The notes under the pieces were generated by a model. The model searched no databases, was not told the origin of the DNA, and was given only the letters and a program-made list of their open reading frames with translations. A DNA stretch of 38,565 nucleotides from Ferroacidibacillus organovorans. Lineage in GTDB: Bacteria > Bacillota > Bacilli > Alicyclobacillales > SLC66. This document shows positions 1 through 9,211 of the stretch, one piece after another (the first letter of the stretch is position 1; the number at the start of each line of letters is the position of its first letter). The stretch covers positions 1-38,565 of the forward strand of contig NZ_LSUQ01000024.1 of NCBI RefSeq assembly GCF_001642725.1, in the 5' to 3' direction. Position numbers and translations under genes: made by a program.

Positions 1-1162
1 CGAGGACTGCATCACCTTGCGCCGCGCCACTGCAGATCGCAGCCACGCCGAGTCCGCCACCGCGTCGCCGAAGTTCATAGAGAAGCGTGAGCAAGATGCG
101 CGCGCCACTCGCACCAATCGGATGTCCGAGCGCGACTGCACCGCCGTTTACGTTCACGCGCTCCAAATCCCACGGCACATGGTGACGGCTCACCAAAGGA
201 ACCGCCGCGAATGCTTCATTGATCTCAAAGAGCGCGATGTCATCCAGTGACCGCCCTGTCTTTTCAAGCAATTTTGCCACAGCTACCCCAGGCGCCGACG
301 CGATGTACTTCGCTTCGAGCGCAACTTCCGCGTGTCCGCGAAGTGTCCCAAGGATCTCCCTTCCTTCGCGGCGCGCCCGCGCCTCACTCATCAAAAGCAG
401 AGCTGCAGCCCCGTCATTGACCCCTGGCGCATTCCCCGCCGTTACGGTGCCATTCAGATCGCCCACTGGGCGCAGTGCGGCCAGTCTCTCAAGCGATGTG
501 TCGCGACGCGGCGCCTCATCCATGTCCACCTTCACTGTACCCGCTTTCACAGAAACGGACACAGGAGTAATCTCCTCAGCAAATTTCCCTTGGTCCATCG
601 CCTCGACCGCGCGCGCGTGAGAGCGATAGGCCCACGCGTCTTGCGCTTCACGCGAAACATGATATTCTTCCGCCACCGTTGATCCGTGCACCACCATCGG
701 AACATGGTCAAACGCGCAGGTCAGTCCGTCATGCTGCATCAGGTCAACAAACGATGCGTCCCCCATCTTCAAACCAAACCGCGCGCCCCGCACAAAATAC
801 GGGGCGTTTGACATGCTCTCCATACCGCCCGCAAGCGCCACATCAAGATCGCCCGCACGCACCATCTGATCCACGAGCGTGATCGACCGCAGCCCTGATG
901 CGCAGACCTTGTTGATCGTTTCTGTGCGCACCGCCCACGGCATCCCTGCCAAACGTAACGCCTGGCGCGAAGGAATCTGTCCGGCGCCCCCTTGCAGCAC
1001 CATCCCCATCACGACTTCCTCTACTTCTTCCGGCGCAACGCCGCCGCGCAAAAGAGCCTCGCGCAACGCAACAGCCCCCAACTCGACGGCAGTAACGCCC
1101 GCGAGCGCACCGCCAAGTTTGCCAAACGGCGTTCGTGCCCCTGAGACAATCACGGTGTTCAT
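1..1162 (-). CDS. Acetyl-CoA C-acetyltransferase (thiolase, MmgA/AtoB-like), 3' end runs off the window
   Basis: Hand translation from ATG 1162 (RBS AGGAGG 1173-1178): [15 protein letters not shown]...INKVCASG...NEAFA...GHPIGASG...AICSG. All thiolase motifs are present and the frame is open to the window edge, so the ORF track missed it. Confidence 0.95.
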   Translation of the reverse strand, partial: MNTVIVSGARTPFGKLGGALAGVTAVELGAVALREALLRGGVAPEEVEEVVMGMVLQGGAGQIPSRQALRLAGMPWAVRTETINKVCASGLRSITLVDQMVRAGDLDVALAGGMESMSNAPYFVRGARFGLKMGDASFVDLMQHDGLTCAFDHVPMVVHGSTVAEEYHVSREAQDAWAYRSHARAVEAMDQGKFAEEITPVSVSVKAGTVKVDMDEAPRRDTSLERLAALRPVGDLNGTVTAGNAPGVNDGAAALLLMSEARARREGREILGTLRGHAEVALEAKYIASAPGVAVAKLLEKTGRSLDDIALFEINEAFAAVPLVSRHHVPWDLERVNVNGGAVALGHPIGASGARILLTLLYELRRRGGGLGVAAICSGAAQGDAVL

Positions 1163-1184
1163 TCAGGCCGAGCCTCCTAAGCAC

Positions 1185-1202
1185 TGACTGAGCGTTCAGT
1201 CT
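1185..1202. promoter_or_regulatory. TetR/FadR-type operator upstream of the thiolase
   Basis: TGACTGA-GCGT-TCAGTCT with a perfect GACTGA/TCAGTC inverted repeat. The 7-4-7 layout resembles the B. subtilis FadR box TGAATGA-N4-TCATTCA. Confidence 0.6.
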
Positions 1203-1255
1203 TTTTGTTCAGCGTATCACAATTTACTGAGTGAGAGAAGAACCTTTGACAAGGG

Positions 1256-2050
1256 TCACAAAAGCTGTACGCGCTCCGGGTGCGTGTATACGGAAAAAGC
1301 GCCCCTGCGCACAAATCCGACGGTCGTCAACTGCAAATCGTCCGCGATCTGCAGCGCAAGCGCCGTTGGCGCCGATTTGGAGAGCACGATGCCGATCCCC
1401 ATTTTGGCGACTTTCAAGAGCACCTCCGACGAGATACGCCCACTAAACGCGATCACCAGTTTGTCACTCGTCCATTTCTCGCGAATCTGATACCCGTAAA
1501 GCTTGTCGAGCGCGTTGTGACGCCCGATGTCAAAGCGGGACAACAGCACCTGATCCACCGTGCACAGAGACGCGTTGTGCACGCCTCCTGTTGTGCGAAA
1601 AAGATCCGATGCGCGTTGCATCCGCTCGATCAGCGACACAATCTGCCTGGGTGCGATCACCGGAGCCACTTCGACTGGTTTGGCGAGCGCTGCATCCTGA
1701 TAAAAATAGAACGACTGTCGCCCCTTGCCACAACACGAGGCGATGTACCGCTTCCCAAACATCTGCGGGTCGATCGTGACAGGCGTCACGAGCCGGACAT
1801 ACGCCACACCGTCTTCTTCTGACAGCGTGAGACTGCGAATCTCCTCATACGACGTCAACACACCTTCTGACGCGAGAAATCCAATCACTAGATCCTCCAG
1901 ATCCGACGGCGTGCAGACGAGCGTGACAAACTCCTGTCCATCGACAAACACCGTGAGCGCATACTCCGTCACAACTTCGACTTCGCGCTGTTCTGTGACC
2001 CCGTTTTCATAGCGAAGGATTCGACGTTTCACAATCTGCGGCAAATCCAC
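1256..2050 (-). CDS. fdhD: Formate dehydrogenase accessory sulfurtransferase FdhD
   Basis: Motifs SCCG, TGGVHNA, DIGRHNALDKLYG, SGRISSE. Probable GTG start at 2050 behind AAGGAG (ORF track extends to 2122). Confidence 0.93.
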   Translation of the reverse strand: MDLPQIVKRRILRYENGVTEQREVEVVTEYALTVFVDGQEFVTLVCTPSDLEDLVIGFLASEGVLTSYEEIRSLTLSEEDGVAYVRLVTPVTIDPQMFGKRYIASCCGKGRQSFYFYQDAALAKPVEVAPVIAPRQIVSLIERMQRASDLFRTTGGVHNASLCTVDQVLLSRFDIGRHNALDKLYGYQIREKWTSDKLVIAFSGRISSEVLLKVAKMGIGIVLSKSAPTALALQIADDLQLTTVGFVRRGAFSVYTHPERVQLL

Positions 2051-2118
2051 GACAGCACTCCTTTCGACGTGAGGACAAGGCAAGTCACCTCGCCTGGTCT
2101 TCATGCGCGATACACGGT

Positions 2119-4092
2119 TCAAATCGCCATGAATAGCAGTTCCGCGATATCATTTGTATCGATTTCCTCTTCGACACCCTTTGCCTTTGTTCCATCGATC
2201 ATCATCGTCATACAATACGGGCACGCCGTGGCAATGGTGGTGGCGCCAGTCGCAAGCGCCTGTTCGGTGCGCTCCACGTTGATGCGCTTTTCGCCCGTCT
2301 CTTCTTTAAACATCGAGCCGCCACCCGCGCCGCAACACATGCTCTTATTGCGACTGCGCTCCATTTCGAGCACGGTGAGGCCAGGAATGTGTTCAAGAAT
2401 ATAGCGCGGCGCGTCATACTCTCCATTATACCGCCCGAGGTAGCACGGGTCGTGATACGTAACCGTCTTTTCCACGCGCTGCTTCGGAATGATGCGTCCC
2501 TCTTTGAGCAATTCCGCCAAAAACTGTGTGTGATGCAGCACCTCAATGTCCAGTCCGAAATCCTTGTATTCCTTGGAAAACTGATTGAACGCGTGCGGAT
2601 CCGTGGTGATGATTTTTTTTACGCCGTACGCTTTAAAGAGTTCCACATTGCGCTCGACCAACTCCTGATAGAGAAACTCATTGCCGAGACGGCGCGCTGA
2701 ATCTCCATCGCTCTCTTCCTCTTTTCCGAGGATGGCAAAGTCGACATTCGCCTTTTGCAAAAGTTTCACAAAGGACTGCGCGATCTTTTGATTGCGCGGA
2801 TCAAAGGACACAGCCGTTCCAACATAGTATAGGTAGTCCACGGCGCCTTCCACATCTTCCATCGCGCGAATGCCAAGACCCTCCGCCCACTCCGCGCGCG
2901 CGGAACGCGGACGCCCCCACTCGTTGGAGTGACGCTCAAGGTTTGTGAACGTGCGGTTGACTTCTCCCGGCGCGTTGCCCTTGGTCAAGACAAGGTCGCG
3001 ACGAAGATCGACGATCAGACTGACATGCTCATTAAAGACCGGGCACGCCTCCTCACACGCGCGACATGTCGTGCACGCCCAAATCTCATCTTCGGTGTAC
3101 ACTTCGCCCACCAGATCAGGAAGGCTCGCCGTGTAATCCTCGCCGCCTGCGGCCATCTTCAAAAGAGACGGGCCCTGATCGACAAGATGATCCTTCATTT
3201 TCAGGATCAGGTACTTAGGCGAGAGATCCTTCCCCGTGAGCGTGGCGGGGCAGGATACATGACAGCGCCCGCACTCCGTACAGGCGTACCCGTCGAGAAG
3301 TTGCTTCCAACTCAACTGTGTGACTTTGGCGACACCAAACTCTTCCACCGTCTCATCCGACAAGTCAAGCGTTTTCAGCTTGCCGACAGGCCCAAGGTTG
3401 CGATAGTACGTGTTGAAAACGGCGCCAATCATATGCAAGTGTTTTGAGCGTGGTATAAAAACGAGAAAACCAAAGATGGATAGCGTATGGATCCAGAAAA
3501 AAACCTGCGCAAGATTTCCCGCAACGGCTGGCGACATGCCAGAAAACCAATACGCGACCAACGTTGACATCGGCGCGGCTGGCACGCTGCTTGCGCCACT
3601 CGCGACTGCGTCGAGCCCCGTCGTCAAGAAGAGTGTCGCCACGATGATAAAGATGAGTCCGAGAATAAAGCCCGCCTCAAACGTAGGTTCAATCCGCATC
3701 GGTCGCCACACGTAGCGGCGAATCAGCGCAACGATCACAGCCACCATGACAAACGCCGCAAACAACTCCTGGGTATGCGTGAACCACCCCTGCGTAAACC
3801 CTGGAATGTGCCTGCCAAACAGGTCAAAGCCAAAAAAGTCGAGTTCGCCAAACCCGAGGATGATGAATCCCCAGAAGATGAAAAAGTGTCCAATCCCTGA
3901 CGGTTCAGCCAATACCTTACCCTGTCCCAGCACGTATTTAAAAAAGCCTCTCATACGCTCTTCGCTGTGGTCTGAGCGATGCTCAGCCTGTCCGAGCCGC
4001 AAAAAGCGATAGCGTTGGTAGATACCCGAGAAAAAACCGATAAGTGCCGCAATCAACAAGACAGTAAACGCAATGATACGCAGCGGTTGCAT
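2119..4092 (-). CDS. fadF: Membrane-bound Fe-S oxidoreductase, FadF/HdrF family (heterodisulfide-reductase-like, CCG domains)
   Basis: N-terminal TM helices, CTECGRCHVSCP, CTTCRACEEACP, YHDPCYLGR, CCGAGGG, TACPYC. ATG 4092 behind GGGAGG. Confidence 0.88.
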   Translation of the reverse strand: MQPLRIIAFTVLLIAALIGFFSGIYQRYRFLRLGQAEHRSDHSEERMRGFFKYVLGQGKVLAEPSGIGHFFIFWGFIILGFGELDFFGFDLFGRHIPGFTQGWFTHTQELFAAFVMVAVIVALIRRYVWRPMRIEPTFEAGFILGLIFIIVATLFLTTGLDAVASGASSVPAAPMSTLVAYWFSGMSPAVAGNLAQVFFWIHTLSIFGFLVFIPRSKHLHMIGAVFNTYYRNLGPVGKLKTLDLSDETVEEFGVAKVTQLSWKQLLDGYACTECGRCHVSCPATLTGKDLSPKYLILKMKDHLVDQGPSLLKMAAGGEDYTASLPDLVGEVYTEDEIWACTTCRACEEACPVFNEHVSLIVDLRRDLVLTKGNAPGEVNRTFTNLERHSNEWGRPRSARAEWAEGLGIRAMEDVEGAVDYLYYVGTAVSFDPRNQKIAQSFVKLLQKANVDFAILGKEEESDGDSARRLGNEFLYQELVERNVELFKAYGVKKIITTDPHAFNQFSKEYKDFGLDIEVLHHTQFLAELLKEGRIIPKQRVEKTVTYHDPCYLGRYNGEYDAPRYILEHIPGLTVLEMERSRNKSMCCGAGGGSMFKEETGEKRINVERTEQALATGATTIATACPYCMTMMIDGTKAKGVEEEIDTNDIAELLFMAI

Positions 4093-4192
4093 GTTTCTTT
4101 CCTCCCTCACCAGACAGAAACCCTTCTTGATCTTATTAAACCACGATCAGCGAAGAGAACGCGAGGTGTCGTATTTTCCACTCCTCTCAATA

Positions 4193-4212
4193 ATGAGTGA
4201 ATGGCCATTCAT
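4193..4212. promoter_or_regulatory. FadR(YsiA)-like box upstream of fadF
   Basis: ATGAGTGA-ATGG-CCATTCAT differs at two arm positions from TGAATGA-N4-TCATTCA and contains the perfect palindrome TGAATGGCCATTCA (4198-4211). Confidence 0.6.
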
Positions 4213-4318
4213 AGTCAACTGAAAGATGTAGATCTCGCTTCTTTTCGCTTGATACGCGCTTTTGTTATCCGTTTAAGGTTATCATTTACGAATCAGAATA
4301 TCTTTATATTTAACGAGA

Positions 4319-5380
4319 TTGGTGAACCGTTTGTCCTCCTTTACACCGCTTTATTTGGATCATCTCGTGATGAAATCCGAGGTGATCCTCTTGGCTACTA
4401 AGATCAGCGAATTTAAGGGAAAACAAGGCTTATTTCAACGCCAGGTTCCTCAGGTACTTGAAACGTTGCAGCAGAATGCGTTCATTCAAAGCACGGAGTC
4501 GTCCAATCGAATCGAAGGAATCTACGTTTCTTCCAAACGATTGGAGTCAATTGTTTGGAATGCAGCAAATCCCGAGAATCGCCCCGAAGGTGAGATTGCT
4601 GGATATCGCGACGTTTTGAATACCATTCATACACATGCTGAACTCATTCCGCTCGCACCGAGCGTGATTCAGCAATTGCATCGCGATTTAATGAAGTACA
4701 GTGGAACGGGGGGCCGCTGGAAACTGATTGATAATTTTATTGAAGAGAAACTTTCAACCGGTGAGACGCGAATTCGCTTCAAGCCAACCCCCGCGTGGCG
4801 TACGGATGAAGCGATGCGGGAACTTTGTGACGCGTTCAAAAGAGCCAGAGATCGCGGCGATTTACCGGATTACGTCTTGATTGGACTGTTTATCTTAGAT
4901 TTTTTTTGTATCCATCCCTTTTCCGACGGCAATGGGAGAATGGCTCGTCTTTTAACTTTGTTGCTGTTGTATCAGAGCGGCTACGCTGTTGGAAAATACA
5001 TCAGCCTGGAAAATGTCATTGAGGATACAAAAATACAGTATTACAATACCCTTGAAATCTCCTCTCAAAATTGGCATGACAGTGCTCATGATTGCAATCC
5101 TTGGATCAATTACTTCCTCACCATGCTCCTAGAAGCGTATCATCGATTTGATAGTCGTGTAGGGACACTGGAGAGCTCCCAGAAGAGGGGGTGGAAAAAG
5201 GAGCGTATCCTCAACATCGTCGATGGTTTTATCGCCGATTTTACGATCGCTGACGTTGAGGAGTTATGTCCGGGGATAAGCCGGCCTACCATAACGAAAA
5301 CCCTGAATGAGTTGGGCCGAAAAGGCACCATCATGTGTATCGAGCACGGTCGCCACGCAAGGTGGGTGAAAAAGTTGTAG
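4319..5380 (+). CDS. Fic-family AMPylase with N-terminal autoinhibitory motif and C-terminal winged-HTH
   Basis: Canonical HPFSDGNGRMAR; SNRIEG fits (S/T)xxxE(G/N); C-terminal FTIADVEELCPGISRPTITKTLNEL. Exact start uncertain. Confidence 0.92.
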   Translation: MVNRLSSFTPLYLDHLVMKSEVILLATKISEFKGKQGLFQRQVPQVLETLQQNAFIQSTESSNRIEGIYVSSKRLESIVWNAANPENRPEGEIAGYRDVLNTIHTHAELIPLAPSVIQQLHRDLMKYSGTGGRWKLIDNFIEEKLSTGETRIRFKPTPAWRTDEAMRELCDAFKRARDRGDLPDYVLIGLFILDFFCIHPFSDGNGRMARLLTLLLLYQSGYAVGKYISLENVIEDTKIQYYNTLEISSQNWHDSAHDCNPWINYFLTMLLEAYHRFDSRVGTLESSQKRGWKKERILNIVDGFIADFTIADVEELCPGISRPTITKTLNELGRKGTIMCIEHGRHARWVKKL

Positions 5381-5401
5381 AACTTGGAATGGTGAAGGAA
5401 C

Positions 5402-6070
5402 ATGATAAATACAGACATTCCGTTAAGATGGAAACCCATGCGAAAGGTGTGATTATCCATCCAATCCCACATCAACGGCCGCGTTTATTCGTATCTTCGC
5501 ACACCGTACGGGATCTTGCTTGGTTTGTTCCTTGCCATCTCTTTTGGCATAGGCCTCATCACGATGATTCATACGCAATCATTGAACACAACACTTCCAT
5601 CAAATTGGCTATTATACGATCTTCCTTGGCTTGTGACCTCCCTATTCGGGTGGGTTCCCGTCGCGCAAAGCTTACACTACCGACGGACGGACGTGAAACT
5701 CACATTCGATGCGAACGACACCTCATGCTTGGTGGATAGCGGCCCATTTCAAGACTGGTGGCGGATTCACAAAAATTCTCCCCGTTCGATGAAAAAATGG
5801 AGAGTGCTTTGGCTGCTGTTGATTCTCATGATCAGCGGGTTTTCTGTCATCGATACATTAAACCTGTACCACGCGGTCATTTCTCCAGCCAATCGCTTGA
5901 GCGAGGTGTCAAAAATTACTGCCGTTCAAGGTTTATGCGATGCCTTTTTGTTGCTCGGACTCGTGGTATCTCTATGCTCGTTTTGGAACTATCCTTATCT
6001 TATTGCCCTGCGCCAAAATGGTCGGTGGCTGACCATCCAATGTAAGGATGTTAAAAATTTTCCAATCTAA
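5402..6070 (+). pseudogene. Multi-pass membrane protein, probably interrupted by an in-frame TGA at 5450-5452
   Basis: ATG 5402 behind GAAGGA is in frame with the 184-aa hydrophobic ORF 5516-6070. A single TGA at codon 17 separates them. Confidence 0.5.
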
Positions 6071-6089
6071 AAATGTCCGGATTGTTCAT

Positions 6090-6353
6090 TTACCCAATTT
6101 CATCCAAGGAATCGAGTGGATGGACGCGTCCTTTTTGAAGATCTTCGTCCGCTCGTCGCTCGCGTTCTTGCCATTCCTCTGTCCAGTAGTACGCCTGATC
6201 AGGATCCAAAAGCATCATCTTCTTCGGTCGAAGTAAGATACCTTCCTGGCTGTCAATCACATCCACATAATCGCCTTCTTCAAGATGGAGTTTTTCACGA
6301 ATGATTTTTGGGATGGTGATTTGCCCATTTCGAGTGATTTTGCTGAGCGTCAT
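6090..6353 (-). CDS. AbrB/MazE/SpoVT-family DNA-binding protein (antitoxin-like)
   Basis: SKITRNGQITIPKIIREKLHLEEGDYV plus DQAYYWTEEWQ tail. ATG 6353 behind AGGAG. Confidence 0.88.
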   Translation of the reverse strand: MTLSKITRNGQITIPKIIREKLHLEEGDYVDVIDSQEGILLRPKKMMLLDPDQAYYWTEEWQERERRADEDLQKGRVHPLDSLDEIG

Positions 6354-6380
6354 GATTTTCATCTCCTGACTCATGCATTT

Positions 6381-6392
6381 TAGTAATTACTA
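6381..6392. promoter_or_regulatory. Palindromic operator upstream of the AbrB-family gene
   Basis: Perfect palindrome TAGTAATTACTA between a minus-strand TTGACC and TAAAAT. Confidence 0.5.
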
Positions 6393-6583
6393 TAATGTAT
6401 GCGCGGTCAAGGATCAATGTGCAGCGATCTGATCTAAAGGGAATTTTGACTAAGCGATGAGACTGGGTCAGATCCACGCCTATTTTCACAAAAATCCGAT
6501 TACAGAACTCACCATTTTCGAGAATAGCGGATATTTTCCTCACGCGGAGGAAGCCGAAATATTTTCTACAGAAATTTATCTTT

Positions 6584-6829
6584 TTATCGGTTGCTTTCCA
6601 TCTGCGCCGCGATCGCGGCCAGCAACTTCATCCGATCAAAACCCTGAATCCACGTCTCGCCGATGCGAAACACCGGCAACGTTTCCATCTTCTGATCCCG
6701 CAACAGCGCGATGTGTTCAGGCTCTTGGTAAATATCGATCACGTCAAACGGGAGATGCAACGATCCGAGCCAAACCTTGGCTGCCTGACAACGCACTCAG
6801 GTCGCCTGGCTGTACATCTCGATGCGCAT
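6584..6829 (-). CDS. Glutaredoxin/NrdH-like redoxin with UxxC motif (candidate selenoprotein, 81 aa)
   Basis: RBS GAGGAGG (6837-6843), ATG 6829: MRIEMYSQAT-[TGA 6797-6799]-VRC-QAAKVWL...ETLPVF...IQGFD. TGA sits exactly at the first Cys of CxxC. Confidence 0.82.
6752..6799 (-). promoter_or_regulatory. Candidate bacterial SECIS element
   Basis: Upper stem AGCCAA-GGU-UUGGCU (6768-6782) with a G-starting apical loop 20 nt after UGA; lower pairing GUGCG/UGCAU. Confidence 0.65.
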
Positions 6830-6857
6830 AAAAAAACCTCCTCGCGAGTCACTCTCA

Positions 6858-7601
6858 CTATTGTAACCCGCGACGGATCATCTCGTGAACAATAAACGAA
6901 GAAACCTCAGGCGCCAGCGTCCCCGACCCAAAGCCCGCGTCATAACCGAGCTCAAGCGCAAGCTCATGGCCAATGCGCGGCCCCCCACAAATCACAATCA
7001 GCTTTGAGCGCAAGCCTTCCGCTTCCAGCATGTCGACGAGTTCACCGAGGTTTGAGATGTGCACATCCTTTTGCGTCACCACCTGCGAAACCAGGATCGC
7101 ATCCGCGTTTAGCTCGCGCGCCTTGCGCACCAACACTTCATTCTCCACCTGGCTCCCCAGGTTGTACGCGTCAATCTCCGGATACCGCTCAAGCCCATAC
7201 TCTCCCGCGTATCCCTTCATATTCATGATCGCATCAATCCCGACCGTGTGCGCATCCGTCCCCGTGCACGCGCCGATCACCACGATCTTGCGCTTGATCT
7301 TCTCGCGGATGAGCGCGTTGACCTCGACGAACGAGAGCACGGGGCTCTCCACTTTCGGCACGCGAATCGACGTGTAATCCACCTCGGTCACGACCTTGCC
7401 ATACAGCACAAAAAAGCTCATCTGCTCTCCCAAGTCCGCCATGTGCACAACCTGCGGTTCAAGCAGCCCCATGCCCGACGCCACCTGCCGGGCGCACTCG
7501 CGCGCCTCTTCGCCAAAAGGTACCGGGAGCGAAAAGCTCACCTGCACAACACCGTCATGGAGCGTATCGCCATAAGGCTTGACGCGCGTCAAATCATTCA
7601 C
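6858..7601 (-). CDS. kamE: D-lysine (beta-lysine) 5,6-aminomutase beta subunit
   Basis: KPYGDTLHDGVVQVSFSLP; B12 motif DAHTVGIDAIMNMKG; CGGPRI. Confidence 0.95.
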   Translation of the reverse strand: MNDLTRVKPYGDTLHDGVVQVSFSLPVPFGEEARECARQVASGMGLLEPQVVHMADLGEQMSFFVLYGKVVTEVDYTSIRVPKVESPVLSFVEVNALIREKIKRKIVVIGACTGTDAHTVGIDAIMNMKGYAGEYGLERYPEIDAYNLGSQVENEVLVRKARELNADAILVSQVVTQKDVHISNLGELVDMLEAEGLRSKLIVICGGPRIGHELALELGYDAGFGSGTLAPEVSSFIVHEMIRRGLQ

Positions 7602-9211
7602 GCGTTGACCCCCTCACTTTCCCGCGCAACATGGCCGGCGTCTGTCTCATCGAGCTTTAGCGCAGCGCGCAGCGCGTCTTCCAGCGGATTGAAGTAATCC
7701 TGCTCGCGCAGCACCACGCCGCGCAGCCCTTTGCCACTCTCAAGCGTTCGCTTCACATCCGCAAACTCGCCTTCTGCAATGGCCTGAAACAAACCCTTCG
7801 ACCGCACATCGCGTAAAAGATCAAGCGCCTCATCCAGCACCTGGCGCGCGCGCGCCACCATCTTTCCCTCCGGGTGGAACATCAGCTCATCGCCCAAATG
7901 GCGCGCATTGTTGAAAATATAGCGCGCCGCTTCGAGCGCAAGCTGCCGATCGTGAATCAGCGGGGTATGGATCGCCTCGGTCATCATGCCAAGCAGTTGG
8001 ATGCCTTGCCCCGACGCCACGCCAACCAGGTTGAACAACGCGTCTTGCACGTGGCCGCGAAAAATGTTGCCCGTCATGTGCTTCGTCGGGGGCATATACT
8101 TGAGCGGCGCTTCCGGGAAGATTTCGCGCGCCATCAGCGCCTGCGCCCACTCGAGAAGAAGTCCGTCTTCTATCTCCGGGTCCATCTCAAACGCGTGCCC
8201 AAGCCCCAGTTGGCTTGACGGAAGTCCTGAGCGAAACGCCAGTTGCTCATTGATCAACTGTGACGCAAGCACGGTGTGTGCGGATTGCACCGCATCTGCC
8301 GTGGTGAGGTAGTTGTCCTCACCCGTGTTGATGATGATCCCGGCATACGCGTTGATCATACGGCTAAACGATTGGTCGACAAGCGTCCGCTGCATGTTGA
8401 TGTCGCGAAAAAGGATGCCGTACAGCGCGTCATTGAGCATCACGTCAAGCCGCTCAAGCGCCCCCATCGCAGCGATTTCTGGCATGCAAAGCCCCGAGCA
8501 GTAGTTGCACAGGCGGATATAGCGGCCGAGCGATTCACCGATCTCGTCGAGCGCCGCGCGCATGATTTTAAAGTTCTCCTGCGTGGCGTACGTTCCGCCA
8601 AAGCCCTCCGTCGTCGCCCCATACGGCACGTAGTCAAGCAGCGACTGACCTGTGCTGCGGATGACCGCGATGATATCCGCCCCTTGGCTTGCCGCGGCGC
8701 GCGCCTGCACGACATCTTCATAGATATTACCTGTCGCGACAATCACGTAGAGAAGCGGTGACTGCCCGCCTGAGAGACGTGCGAGATACGCCTCGCGCTG
8801 TGTGCGTTGCGCCGCAATCCGCGCAAGCGCCTCGACTGCCAACTGCGCCCCGCGCGCGCGAATCTCCGCTTCTGGCAGCGTTTGAAACGAGAGAATGTCT
8901 GCATCGCCGCGCGCCACATCACTGCACAGCGCCGCCACATCGCCCCCTGTTTGCGCCAAGGCCTGTATGAAGTAGCGAGTAACCCCGCGCGCCAGCTTCC
9001 CCTGCTTTAGCACCTGATCGACCATCAGGTTCGCTACCGGGACGCCTTCCTCATCCACACCGTCGACACCGAGCAACCGCAAGACCGTGCGCTCCACGGC
9101 CACCGTCGAACGCTTGCGAATATAGCGCGTGACATCATCGGCGATGCGCGACGCCTCCGCGCGCGCTTCTTCAATCTTCCCTTCTGCAAGCAACATCTTC
9201 GCAGTCGGCAC
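7598..9211 (-). CDS. kamD: D-lysine 5,6-aminomutase alpha subunit
   Basis: TVAVERTVLRLLG, VIVATGNIYEDV, NYCSGLCMPE, KYMPPTKHMTG. GTG 9211 behind GGAGGGG. Confidence 0.95.
   Translation of the reverse strand: MPTAKMLLAEGKIEEARAEASRIADDVTRYIRKRSTVAVERTVLRLLGVDGVDEEGVPVANLMVDQVLKQGKLARGVTRYFIQALAQTGGDVAALCSDVARGDADILSFQTLPEAEIRARGAQLAVEALARIAAQRTQREAYLARLSGGQSPLLYVIVATGNIYEDVVQARAAASQGADIIAVIRSTGQSLLDYVPYGATTEGFGGTYATQENFKIMRAALDEIGESLGRYIRLCNYCSGLCMPEIAAMGALERLDVMLNDALYGILFRDINMQRTLVDQSFSRMINAYAGIIINTGEDNYLTTADAVQSAHTVLASQLINEQLAFRSGLPSSQLGLGHAFEMDPEIEDGLLLEWAQALMAREIFPEAPLKYMPPTKHMTGNIFRGHVQDALFNLVGVASGQGIQLLGMMTEAIHTPLIHDRQLALEAARYIFNNARHLGDELMFHPEGKMVARARQVLDEALDLLRDVRSKGLFQAIAEGEFADVKRTLESGKGLRGVVLREQDYFNPLEDALRAALKLDETDAGHVARESEGVNA

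Noticed and set aside
1..1187. Apparent absence or fragmentation of a gene at the left edge
   Set aside because: The thiolase frame is intact from 1162 and simply has no stop inside the window; the short ORFs listed here are shadows.
5450..5452. Selenocysteine read-through in the membrane-protein gene
   Set aside because: No redox motif and no downstream hairpin; nonsense mutation is more likely.
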